From positions 18,354,001-18,418,000 of the forward strand of contig NC_087245.1 in NCBI RefSeq assembly GCF_037042905.1: a stretch of DNA of 64,000 nucleotides. Direction: 5' to 3'. The notes beneath the pieces were generated by a model that ran no database searches, was not told the origin of the DNA, and saw nothing but the letters and a program-made list of their open reading frames with translations. Positions 37,001 to 49,000 of this stretch are shown in pieces. The translations under genes were made by a program, and so were the position numbers. Source of the DNA: Lytechinus pictus. Lineage: Eukaryota. How positions within the stretch are numbered: the stretch's first letter is position 1; each line of letters starts with the position of its first letter.

Positions 37001-40000
37001 CTTTAAACCTACATATATCATCATCATCACTTCTATCACTCTCATCAGCCATTGAGAGTTACATCACAATATCAAATACACATTACTTTAAAAGAACATT
37101 AATTATATCAACACTATTATCAATCATGGAAACTTGCTAAAGAAACACATAAATCACTAGCAATGTCTTCCAGTACCAAAACCTAACAACCACATTAAAC
37201 TCCACACATTCAAGTGTCTCAAGTCTGTAAATATACGGTACAAAATAAATCATCAGTAAATTGTACATTCCTATGCTCATTCACCTTTTCCCACAAAACA
37301 ACAAAAATGCTAAAAAGCAAATATTCTCTCAACAAAAATTCCTAGCCCTTCAACAAAACAGGGTAAGCTGAGTATTGAAACTAATATCAAATACAAAAGC
37401 AGCTTCACTACTTCACTGTAGCATTAAAAAGGGAGACATATATAAATCTAGGTAAAATCAGCAGCAAAAATCACTAAACCTGTAAGGAACATCACCCCAA
37501 AAAAGGAACATTAATAAAACGTGTGGTAAGCAAAGTAACAATCACAGGTCATAACTCTTCCTATGTCTAAAAAAAAATCAAGCAAATAGGTAAAATGGCA
37601 TCTAAACAATTATAATATCTAATAGTTTGTCAACAGCTAGATAAACCATACACATTGAGCATTATTTAAAAGAAATTAGGCATAAAAACACATTCCATAC
37701 AAGTAGCTTAGTAGAAAAGGAACCATGATCATGTATGGAAATAAGCAATCAAATTCAACACACACCGCAGTCATCTGATGCAGCTATGTAAGCAGTCCTT
37801 CAAACAATAATCAATATCATAATCATAAAAACAAACATCATTCATCATGTAATATGTCACAACCATAACACAGATAGCCTCATTACAATACACGGGATAA
37901 AACATGTTCCATAAAAACAAACAGTGTATAAAAACCAAATTTCTATGTCCAATGCCTAACCCCGAAACAACAAAAAATGTCAAGTTAAAAAAAAACCTTC
38001 GAACAAATGTACACACAGCTAGGTACTGCAAGCAGATAAACCTGTGTTAAAAAAAACATAAGGTATACCTAAAATACAATCATATAAAAATAAAACAATC
38101 CTGACAATCCTGCAAAAAGTGGTGCATAAAAAGTCAATACACAAGCAATGTGGGCTTATGGGCTACAAACTATAGGGAGGTAGATAGCATGGGGGGTGCT
38201 GAGAGTCAGGTGTACAGTCCAGAGTACCCCAACTAAAAACAAGATTACATTTGGGGGAAGACTCAGCGCTATGCTAGGGTGTGTCAAAATCTGGGAGATG
38301 TAACTCACAGCCTCAGGAAGGTGGGCAAACCTGGGGGGCGTTTCATCAACATTTATGTCCGACAAGTTGTCAGATCTGACAACTTTCCCCGATTCTGATT
38401 GGCCGAGAGGTACTGTTGCTATGGTAATTGTCGGATAAAACAAGACTTGTCGGATTAAATCCTTTCATGAAACGCTCCCCTGGTTGGGTAAGGGATTGCT
38501 GCACGACAGTGGGAGTCTACAAACTGGGGATGATCAGGGCATGCAAAGGGAGGGGCACTATCATCTCTGTGGGACTGGGAAACGGGCCTATGATAGCTCA
38601 CATCAATGTCCGGGGGACAGTTGAACAGTTAGTCGGAGGGGGGCCAAAACGAGCGGCATGTGGAATAGGAGTCAGCTGTGAAACGCCATCTTCAGTATAG
38701 GGATCAAGTGGGCTGTAGGCTGTCATCGGAGAGGGGTCATTGGAACCAGTGGCTGCGATATGGGGGCTGGACTCATGGGCACCGGAAGCTGCGTCTGGGG
38801 GGTTACTGTGGTCATGGGCACCACAAGCTATGGCTGGTTGAGGTCCAAGTCCATCAAAATAAATATCGATCATCTGGGGGTCAATATCATCTTTGGTAGC
38901 TGGTGGGTGGCCAAGAGATAGGATGGGGATCATCTCAATAGCTAGATGTACCTGAGACGTAGAGCTGTTAATGGCCTGTGGATGAATGTTGGTTGGTGAT
39001 GAGCCGTCAATGGCTTGAGGATGAGTGTTGGTAGGTGACTGTAATGTAGATACCTGTGTGGACATGAGAGATTGTTTAATGTCATTGGGTGTTGTACTTG
39101 TATGACACTATTTGGGTGTGTTGTGTGGAGGTTTCCAACTGACTGAAGTAGTTGTCAATTCTTGGCCTACTATCTAACAACTGTGTATCATCAAAGAAAC
39201 TGACTGAGCTCGAACTTCTGTGAGAACTGAGTGAGCTACCCAAGTTACCGATTGGGGTAGGTGGATTCATATTGACGGTCGGTTCAGGCATGCGCAGTGT
39301 GTCGGGCGAATCTGACATTGAATCGCATGTGGAATTGGATACTGAATCGGACACTGAATCAAGTGAGCAACATTCGTCAGGTGACTCAAGCAACATCAAC
39401 TTGTCGACAGGATGTTGCATACGCATTGTGTAACACGAATCGGTCATCGAACGGTATATCGAATTGGACAACGAATAGAGAGAGCAACGTGTGTCAGACG
39501 ACTCTGACGACAACTCTGGCGAGCAACGTTTGACAGACGACTCGGGAAATAGCAACTTGTCAACCGATCGTTGCATGCGCAGTGTATCATGCGACTCGGA
39601 CGTCGGATCAACGGAGTAACATTTGTTAGACGACTCGGGCAATAGCAACTTGTCAACCGATTGTTGCATGTGTGGTGTGTCATGCGAACCGGTCGTCGTA
39701 TCGAGCAGGATGAGATCGTTAGACAACTCAACCGTAAACGATTTGTCCAGCAATTGGGATGTGTGGCGTTTGTCCGAGATATCGAATGAGCGGCATTGAT
39801 CAGAAGAATCTAGTTCTACATCTAAAGACTTGGATGTGTTTTCTTTCGAGCAAAGCGCGTTCGCACTATCACTAACAGTGACACTTGAAGGAGAATTAGA
39901 CTGCCAATGCAAGTTGTCATCCCAAGCAGACACATTATCATGGGAAACATCAACATTCAACTCATATTCATTCTTGGATACAAGATCTGAAGAGCACGGC

Positions 40001-43000
40001 TCGCACTCTTCAGGACGAGGCTGAGTCCCACAAATGGGTACACAAGATCGTTGTTCCGTAACAATGGCAATGGGTGTCGGCCTGGACATTACATGCCGTT
40101 GTTCAACATCACCAGACCCACCAGCATGGGCTGGCTGAACTGCCAACAGATTTTCCTCACACACCAGTGAACTAGAGTCAACAATCTCAGGGTCATATAC
40201 AAAGAATGAATCACCATGGAAGATAACTTCATGTCTGGATGGTCGCACCATTATATCATTACATTCCATATACGGTGCACCAGCAACAACACCGACATCT
40301 TTGTCACTTACAACCACTCCGAGAAACTCCATCTCAACACCCTCTTTGGTAAAGAGGCTGAACTCTGTGTAAGCAATAACATTGTATTCGAAGGCAGCAT
40401 CAATACCATAATCATACAAATCATATAAAGCATAATCATCAATCACTATCTCCAGCTCCAAATCATCTGCAATCTCCTCACTGGTCATATTAACCTGATT
40501 ACCACTCCTCACCTCTACCTTCACTCTTCTTTCATCATGTCTTACATATGCATAAAAATAAGGAGTTTACTTCTTTCTCGAGTCATAACTACCAGAGCAC
40601 TGTAGCGGCTCTGCACTAACCGGATCCCTTCGCGAGGGCCGGTGCTCTTGGCCGCGGCCGATACGGCGTACCTATGTATCTTCATGCAATTGTTACTGTA
40701 CAACTTATATACCAATTGATGGGACTACAACACACACTAAAAATATTTAAGAAACCTAGACCTATCACCGATAGAACACGGAACGCCTGATCCCTAGTAA
40801 TGGGGTTAAGTTACCTAGAGTCTGGATTAGGTTTATTGGACCATTTAAGGGACTGGCTTGCTCAGATCCCACCGCTGCCACCACGCCAAGACAATAATAA
40901 TGAATTAAAGGCAACAATCAAGCGGAGTACAAGGTTACGTGTGGTTTATTGAGATCGTCGCGGCCAAGAGGCCGATCACAATTAAGTATCGATATCACAT
41001 AATTTACAACACGATTATTAAACAACAAACACATTGGCGCATGTCAAATTGTTAATGAATTATATTTTTGCTCGTAATATGCGTAAAACACCACGACAGA
41101 AAAAGGGGAAATCACGATTTTCTACCACTCGACTGATTCTGATTTGCCGAGCCATTCATTATTCAAATCGGACCATAACCTTAAAGTCTGTCTTTAGCGT
41201 TGGTAAAGGGGCAACTATAACTATACCTGACTGTCATTGAATATTACACTATTACAAAAGCTTAGTAGTATTTACTACTATTTTTACCCATTGGAATTTC
41301 AACATGACATTTTCCGGTGGTAAGTATTTAAATCCAAATGTAGCATCCTCTTGATAATATTTTGTTTTATTATTTTCATTTCAAAACCGTTTTAACACTT
41401 GCTTTATATATTTAGTGATTGGTTAATACAAAGGTTATATCCTTAAATTTTCAGCCAATGTCATGCTTGAGAAAGTGTTTCATATAAGTAAAAAAAAATC
41501 GTAGATATTCTATTTTGATCAGGAATATTATCGAATTAAATTCTCATGTAAAATCAGTAAATATATCAAATTAAAAACATTTGTCGTTTTTATCCTCCAC
41601 GCCAAAACCATTTTCTGGTACATGCTTTAACCCTACATAGCCCGTGCTATTTTGAAATTGCATAGCCGGGGGTGGGGGCATAAAACAGCCCCCCCCCCTC
41701 CCCTCCTCCCCAGATCTCGGCCGTTCGCGACGAAAATTGGCACGCATGTCACCCATGACATAATATCCACAATTAAATTGTCAATTGTACCAACATTATT
41801 CAAATTTATTAATTACGCTAATAAATGCATAAAATAATAATTTGGTTGCAAATCTTGAAACAAAGCCCAAAAGCTTCTAGACTTTTGTTTGGGCAATCTT
41901 CTTAAGATAATTATCAAATGTATGTTTTAATAATGGCATGTCATTTTTTTGTTATGTTTTCTATTGTTATTAAAAATTTCTTATGTATTTCTTTGTTTTT
42001 TCGATGGAAACTAGTTCAGTCATAAATTACATGAAATCTATTGTTTTTATTCAGTAAAATAATGATACATATTTGATTTGTTCATGAAATCACGTTTTTG
42101 ATTAATTTTGGGTCTGACATGCACTTACAAAATGACACTTAACTTCAGAACCGCGTACCCCCGCGTCGCCGATTTGGTCTTAAGTTGCGCCAGACTTGAT
42201 GGTAAAATGTCATGAAACGTCGCGGTGCGATCATTTCGTGTTACAAGTTTATCATTAAATAAAACATAGAGGGAGACTGTCTCCCCCCCCCCCACCCCCA
42301 CCCCCCCCCCCCCTCCCTCGGGCTGGATAAGGTTAATATCATATGTGGCCCGTAACACAAAACTTAGCAATGATCGTAGAACATTTTTCTACGTTTGATT
42401 CCATTGACTACAATGTACAATCAATCATGAAAATCAAGCGTATAATCAATCGTTAACCTTTGTGTTATGGGTCCCTGGTAATGAAATGGGATAGTGACAT
42501 TTTAGGGGAATTTATCCAAACTAATGGCAGGCTCTGACATGTAATTCAAATTAAACGGAACAGGTTTCCGAACAATATTAGAAATATAAACATTCAGAAG
42601 CATTTACAATTAGGAGTTTAGCACTATCTTTAGCTTGCCAAATTTTATCCGTATTGTTTATTTGCACTTGTTTCTTGTGTGATGATATGTCTGAAAGTGC
42701 TCTTTCAAATTTCAATAACTTCTCTTCTTCTCCCCTTTCTTCTTCGTCTTTTTCTTCTTCTTCATCATCTTCTTCTTCTTCTTTTTTTTTTTTTTTTTTC
42801 TTCTTCTTCTTCTTCTTCTTCTTCTTGTTATTATTATCGTCAAAATAATCATCATTATCATTCTTGTTATCATTATCATTATTATCGCATTATTATTATC
42901 ATCACTGTTATCATTATTATTATCATTATTTTTATCATCATTATTGTTGTTGTCATTGTTATTAACATCATCATTGTTATCATCATTATTATCATTATTG

Positions 43001-46000
43001 CTGTTGATCGTTTCTTCGTGGTCCTCGTCATTGTTATCATACCACAAGACGGGAGTAACCATGAAAAGAAACATAAACATAATTCTCTACAAAACTTTTT
43101 TTTCTGCTTTTGTTGATCAGTCACCCCTGATGGATCACCACCAGATATTGTATCTTGTCCTGAAGATATAAGTAAGACTGAGCCTGCTGGAACAGTAGAG
43201 GTTTCGGTAACTTGGGATGAGCCCGTCTTCAACGATGCCGTTAGTGGTACCGAACTCTTCATCCAACAGTCTAAGCAATCTGGATCAAAATTCCCTGTTG
43301 GTTCAACCGAGGTCTTCTATTCTGCCATGGATGGCAACTTCAATGCAGCGTACTGTATGTTTAACGTGACTATAAACTGTAAGTATTTCATAGAGGATGC
43401 AAATAAAGTATAGAGCCATTCATTTCCTTTTTTATTCCAAATGTCAATTATATAAGATTCATCAATAGAAGAAAATAGATTTTTCAGTTTTAATTTTCAT
43501 GAATATTTCAATCAGCTTATTAATTAAGCTCGAAGGTTCTTGAAAAAGAAAATGGCATACACCCTTGCTCAAGATAATTCACCCCTTTTTAATGTTAATC
43601 TCGTGACGCGACACTTGACCCAATAATTCTGACCTTTCATAGCTTGCTTAATTTTCTGTAAAGAAGGGTTTGATTGACTCATAATATTTCAAATTGAAAT
43701 CTGTTGTTGGACTTACTTCTGATTAACTCATTAAAAGGTCCAAAATTATTTCCCTTTGACTCTACACTTCAAAATAACCACCATGTAAAAATGAGACTCG
43801 CCTGACATTTTACTGTGATTTTTATCATACGTGTCATTTTGGAATTAAACTAATAGGCCTTTTAATAATCAATATTAGAGGATGGAAGATGGTCAAATAT
43901 TAGGATTTACTATATTCTTATATTGTATTCTACTGCAATTTCTATTTCTTCCAATTGATTGAATTTTTTTCCTTCTAGAATTGAATCAGTAGTTTTAGTC
44001 TTTTGTTTCTAGATCCATGGGAAGGTAAAAAAATGGTATGATATATTATAGTCTCGCTTCACAGAAAAGCTATATGCACTTAGTTTGGTGTGTAAATGGG
44101 GGACTGATGACGTCAGCCACTCACTATTTCTTTCATAATCATGAAATATGAAATACTAAAAAATTATTGTAATTACAAATGATTCCTCCCTGGACATTTG
44201 GCATTTCATTGTAACCTATTGTGATTTGATGAAGAGTCCCCTTATTATCAAATCTGCACAAATTGAAATATTGTAAAATTCACACAATGAAACAAGGACG
44301 AAATAGTAAGTGACGTCATCAACTCTTCCAAATGCATGTCATTGTGCTCTGAATGACCGTGAAAATGGGGAAAATAACTCTTGTTTTGCATCCAATTTTG
44401 ATGAAATTATACAAATAAACAATTTGTCGGGGTGGATTTACACCAGTCCAGAAAATATCATTTGTGAGTTTTTTTTATAAGTTTGTATAAGAAAATCGGT
44501 CCTATGTTATGATTCAAGATCTGATTTAGCAAACGAGAATATGTTATCATTATTTCTTACGTAAAGTTGTGTGCATCTTGAACTATATTTATGGAAACAC
44601 AAGCCAAATCTCTTCTCGGGAAAAGTCAATGTAGATATAATTATTGCCACGCCGTTCGCACAATTTTTGATAGATGATTTGTCAGAAATCTATGACCAAA
44701 CACGAAAGACCTCAATGTCATTCATCTTGTATTTCAAGACAGAGATCTAGGATATAGCCAGTGGTAGTGACTCCGCTATCCCCAATCTCCGTAAGATATA
44801 TATCTACCAAGTTACGTTGCCATTTTAATTGATGCTCTAGAATGTATATATACGGAATGATTCCATATAAACAAACAAAAATAATATTAGTTTTAACGTA
44901 ATATAATCTGAGTGATTGGCTTAATAAAGGTCAAGTCCACCCAAGGAAAATGCTGACGTGAATAAATAGAGAAAATGAAAATTTAATCAAAATTTGATGT
45001 AAAATAAGAAAGTTATGACATTTTAAAGTTTCGCTTATTTTTCACAAAAACAGTGATATGCACAACTAGGTGAGTCTGTCGATGATGTCCATCACTCACT
45101 ATTTCTTTTGTTTTTTATTGTTTGAATTATACAGTATTTCATTTTTATAGATTTGACAATAAGGACCAACTTGACTGAACCATATAGCATTAAACAATGC
45201 TAATTACACATGTTCAGGGAGGAAATAATCGTTGTATCACTTGACAATGAGGATAAAATAAGAATATTTCATATTTTATATATTAAAATACAAAAGAAAT
45301 AGTGAGTGGACGACGTCATAGTCTCCTCATTTGCATACCAGCCAGAACGTGCATAACCGTTTTGTAAAACTAAGCGAAACTTTAAAATGTCATAACTTTC
45401 TTATTTTACATCCGATTTTGATGAAATTTTCAGTGTTATGCTTGTTGGATTTTTCTCTTTTTATTCAAATCTACTCTCTGTTGGGGTGGACTTGTCCTTA
45501 ACAATTTTCTTTCTGCAGTGATGAAAGACAATGATTCACCTAATATCACTGGTTGTCCTGACAACTTTACACATTGGGTACCTGCTGGGGAGTCGATGGC
45601 CACCGTTTCTTGGATAGCCCCAAATATCACGGACAATTCTAATTTCACCGTTCAAGTTTCTCCTGAACCAGGAGATTCATTTACAGTTGGAACTGACACT
45701 GTCGTGTCCTACACTGCTACAGATGTTAACAATAATGTTGCATCTTGTATCTTTACTGTATCTGTCACAGGTTAGTTAAACATGATACATCTCGTCTCAA
45801 TTAATCGGAGAAAATGATTATTTTTAGATTTGTAATATGAAGTCAAAGGTGTCACCTTAGAAATAAATCATTAGCGGTTGAATTTTGGCGACTCAATTTT
45901 GCACTAAAAGAGTCCTATCTGCAAGTATTCGTATCGAATAAAATATATATTACCTTTTCAAGAGATTATCTTGATGGTTCAATCTTTCAACAACAAAAAA

Positions 46001-49000
46001 ATGCTAATAGGCCCTACTAACCGACATGGATCATTCGTTTATAATTCTTTGCGGATATTCGCAAAAGAAAAAGATGAAATCGACGGTTTAGAATGACCTA
46101 ATCGAGAATATAAATCTACGTTCATTATAGTGCATGAATCCGGTATGAATATGATCGGCTGGTTCTTTGGATCACGCACTGGGAAATAAATTTCAGCCTA
46201 TTAACATCTTTTAAAAGTCTTACATTGTGTTACATCATTTGAAATCAGTCCATGAAACTAGTGAAGTGGGCTTTACTTTAATATAAAATCACGTGTTGAA
46301 TTTCTTGCAGAGGATAGTGAGAAACCTGTGATTCAATGTCCGGATAATATTACCATTATTGTGACTCCTGATATTACAAGTCAAGATGTAACATGGTCGA
46401 TTCCACTTGCAAATGACAACTCTGGTGATGTCACCGTAACCACAAGCCCACTATCTGGCTCAACATTTACTCCGTCGGTGTCAGCGCCTGTGACTGTCAC
46501 GGCTGTTGACGCCTACGGAAATATTGATACCTGTACCTTTCTTGTGAAAGTTCTTCGTAAGTTTGATAAAACAAATTCTTTATACTGCCACTTAATTCAA
46601 CCTGTCCATGCGCACTCAAGACATTTAAATCTTATTATGACCAGTCTCAGTCCCACTCCATAATGTTGTAGATGACTCAACTGAGGAAAATCAAAATCTC
46701 TTGAATTTCCACCATTTTTTTAAAGCTTATTTAATAATTATTGACCGACGAAGTGTCTTTTTCGACTAGAATTTCTACCTAATGGCAACATGGGCAGGCC
46801 CATAGTGGCGATAAATGATGTACTGGTTTTCATATCGTTATACAAGAATGTTAAGCATCACTACCTGCAAAACTAGAAACCATGTGGGCAACATACGATG
46901 TTTGATTAGTATTTCAATCCCAAAAGGCGTGACGAGTGAGGGAACGCTACCCTTAGCGGCGATTACTGGCGAATAGTGCTTAAAAAATTACAATCCTTCT
47001 TTCTAAAATACCTCGACTATGTACCTGAAACGAGACTCTTTTCGACGCCTTTTTTCTGGACGCCCACAGGGAGCTTTTATGAGCGCCCATAGCATTCACG
47101 ATATACATTTTTTTTTTCGATGCCCATGTATACCTGGCTGTAAAATTCCTGATGTAGATGAAAATATTGCCAAGATCCCCGGACCTTGTGCTTCATAGTT
47201 CAACTGCCTATCAACAGCGCTATGCAGTACAGTTTAGAAAAGTCGATATTATTATCTCCTTTTTTGTTGTTGTTGCTTAGATGATGTTAGTCCAGTCCTA
47301 ACTTGTCCCGATGTCACTGTGAACACCGACGATGGTCTAAGGACAGCAACAGTCACGTGGCCAGATGTAGTTATTACCGATGACTATACAAATGTTTCAG
47401 CGCTCATGGTGAGATCATTATTTTAATTTTCCTGTGTGTTGATTGCACAACAATTTTAATTTGGTTTCCATCGCACACCTAGCTGACTCCCAATTTCATA
47501 GTATTCTCTTTCCTTTCTTATTAAATTTATGTCGTTTCCATATTCATTAACATCTCATTTATATTAATCAATAATGCTTTCATTAATAGCATCGTATTTA
47601 CTTCCATTTCTGTATTATTATCATTACTAAAATTTTCATTAAACTTATGTTTCCATTTTCGATTACCATTACAACAAAATGATTTCATGCAAAATACTGA
47701 TTTCTAAAGTTTCATTTTCATGTGTTGTCCTGTGGTATTTCTTTGAAAATATTTATTTCCTCACCAAAATACTTTTAAATTATTGAGATGTTCTGGCTCT
47801 GGTTGGCAGCTCTGCTGGTACCGTTTCTCTCTCGTCCATAACGGTTATCTTGTCTTTTTTTTTCCTTGTTGCTTTTTCAGTACCAAAACCAGATAACTTC
47901 AACTCCAATTTTGTTGTACATTCCCTTTCTGTTGCTTTTTGATGAACATTTGCATATAAATCACTCAAAACGTTTTTTAGAAATCTGAGTTTGGCCATTA
48001 ATTCCTCCCAACTCCCTATTTTACACAATGTAAATTCGATTTCATTAAAAGGATCATTTAATTCTCTTTAAAATGATGCCATACTTGTTATGATCATGCG
48101 AAAAGAGCAGGATTCAAAAGTGTTGGATGAGATCTAAATTGAAAAGCTGCAAAACGAGCAGAAATGGTCACAAAGGGACAATAAAGTACATGATTATTTG
48201 TCTGAGTCAATAAAGATGAAAATCTATTCAAATCAAGCCCCTGCTTCTTCCTTTTTTTTCTGGTTTATGTAGTGATGATTCTGTGAGATGGTTTGAGTTG
48301 TGGTTTGAAATACCCATGCATGTTTGTTTGTTTGTTATATGTTTGCTTCTGCAGAGGTATGTTTGATTACATGTTAATGTTGATATTAAGGTGCATGAAA
48401 ACAAAAGAAACCGCTGAGAAACTCGCTCATCACCATGGAAAAAAGAACAGTGACTTTCAATATTGTGCCATTTTGCAACTTTTGAATTTTGACCTTGCCC
48501 CACATTTCAAGGCACTGCACCTCCATGTGAACCATAAGTATATCATGTAGGGTATCATTTTAAAGAAAATTAAATGATTTGTTCATATTAATCACCTATT
48601 AATATTCACTAAAACTGAGGAGGGATTATCGATCAAAGTTAGATTTCCAAACTTTTTTGAGGAGTTTTATTTATCTTTGTTTCTGCATGTTCATATCTTC
48701 TCGAGATTTCGCCATAGACTTACCAAAATGCGTCACTGTTATTATACCAAATCAACTTGCAAAACCACTTTCATTTCAGTTCTATGTTGACATATACCTG
48801 CGAAGTATGACTGAAAGATTCCGCAAAACGGAACACTCAAGTTGTAAAATTTGACAGATTTCTTTTGCCAAATATGTTGCACCAATCGTTAAAACCATGA
48901 AGTTTCTAACGATGGAATCATAACGAACAACAAATGCAGCTTTCCATTTGTAAAAACAGAATAAAAGTACAAATAAATAAATAGGGGCACTGTGTATCTT

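Larger units (their letters stand above)
36485..41039 (-). mobile_element. Non-autonomous LTR retroelement, Troyka-like (CG..CG LTRs, 3-bp TSD)
   Basis: 156-bp LTRs at 36485-36640 and 40884-41039 with one mismatch; ends CGCCAA..TTGGCG; TSD CAT at 36482-36484 and 41040-41042; PBS; purine tract AGGAAGGAGAGAAGAAAATAGG before the 3' LTR; AATAAA in the LTR. Confidence 0.9.

Noticed and set aside
42654..43116. Hydrophobic or low-complexity ORFs (also 35699-36044 and 60757-61050)
   Set aside because: Translations of microsatellites.
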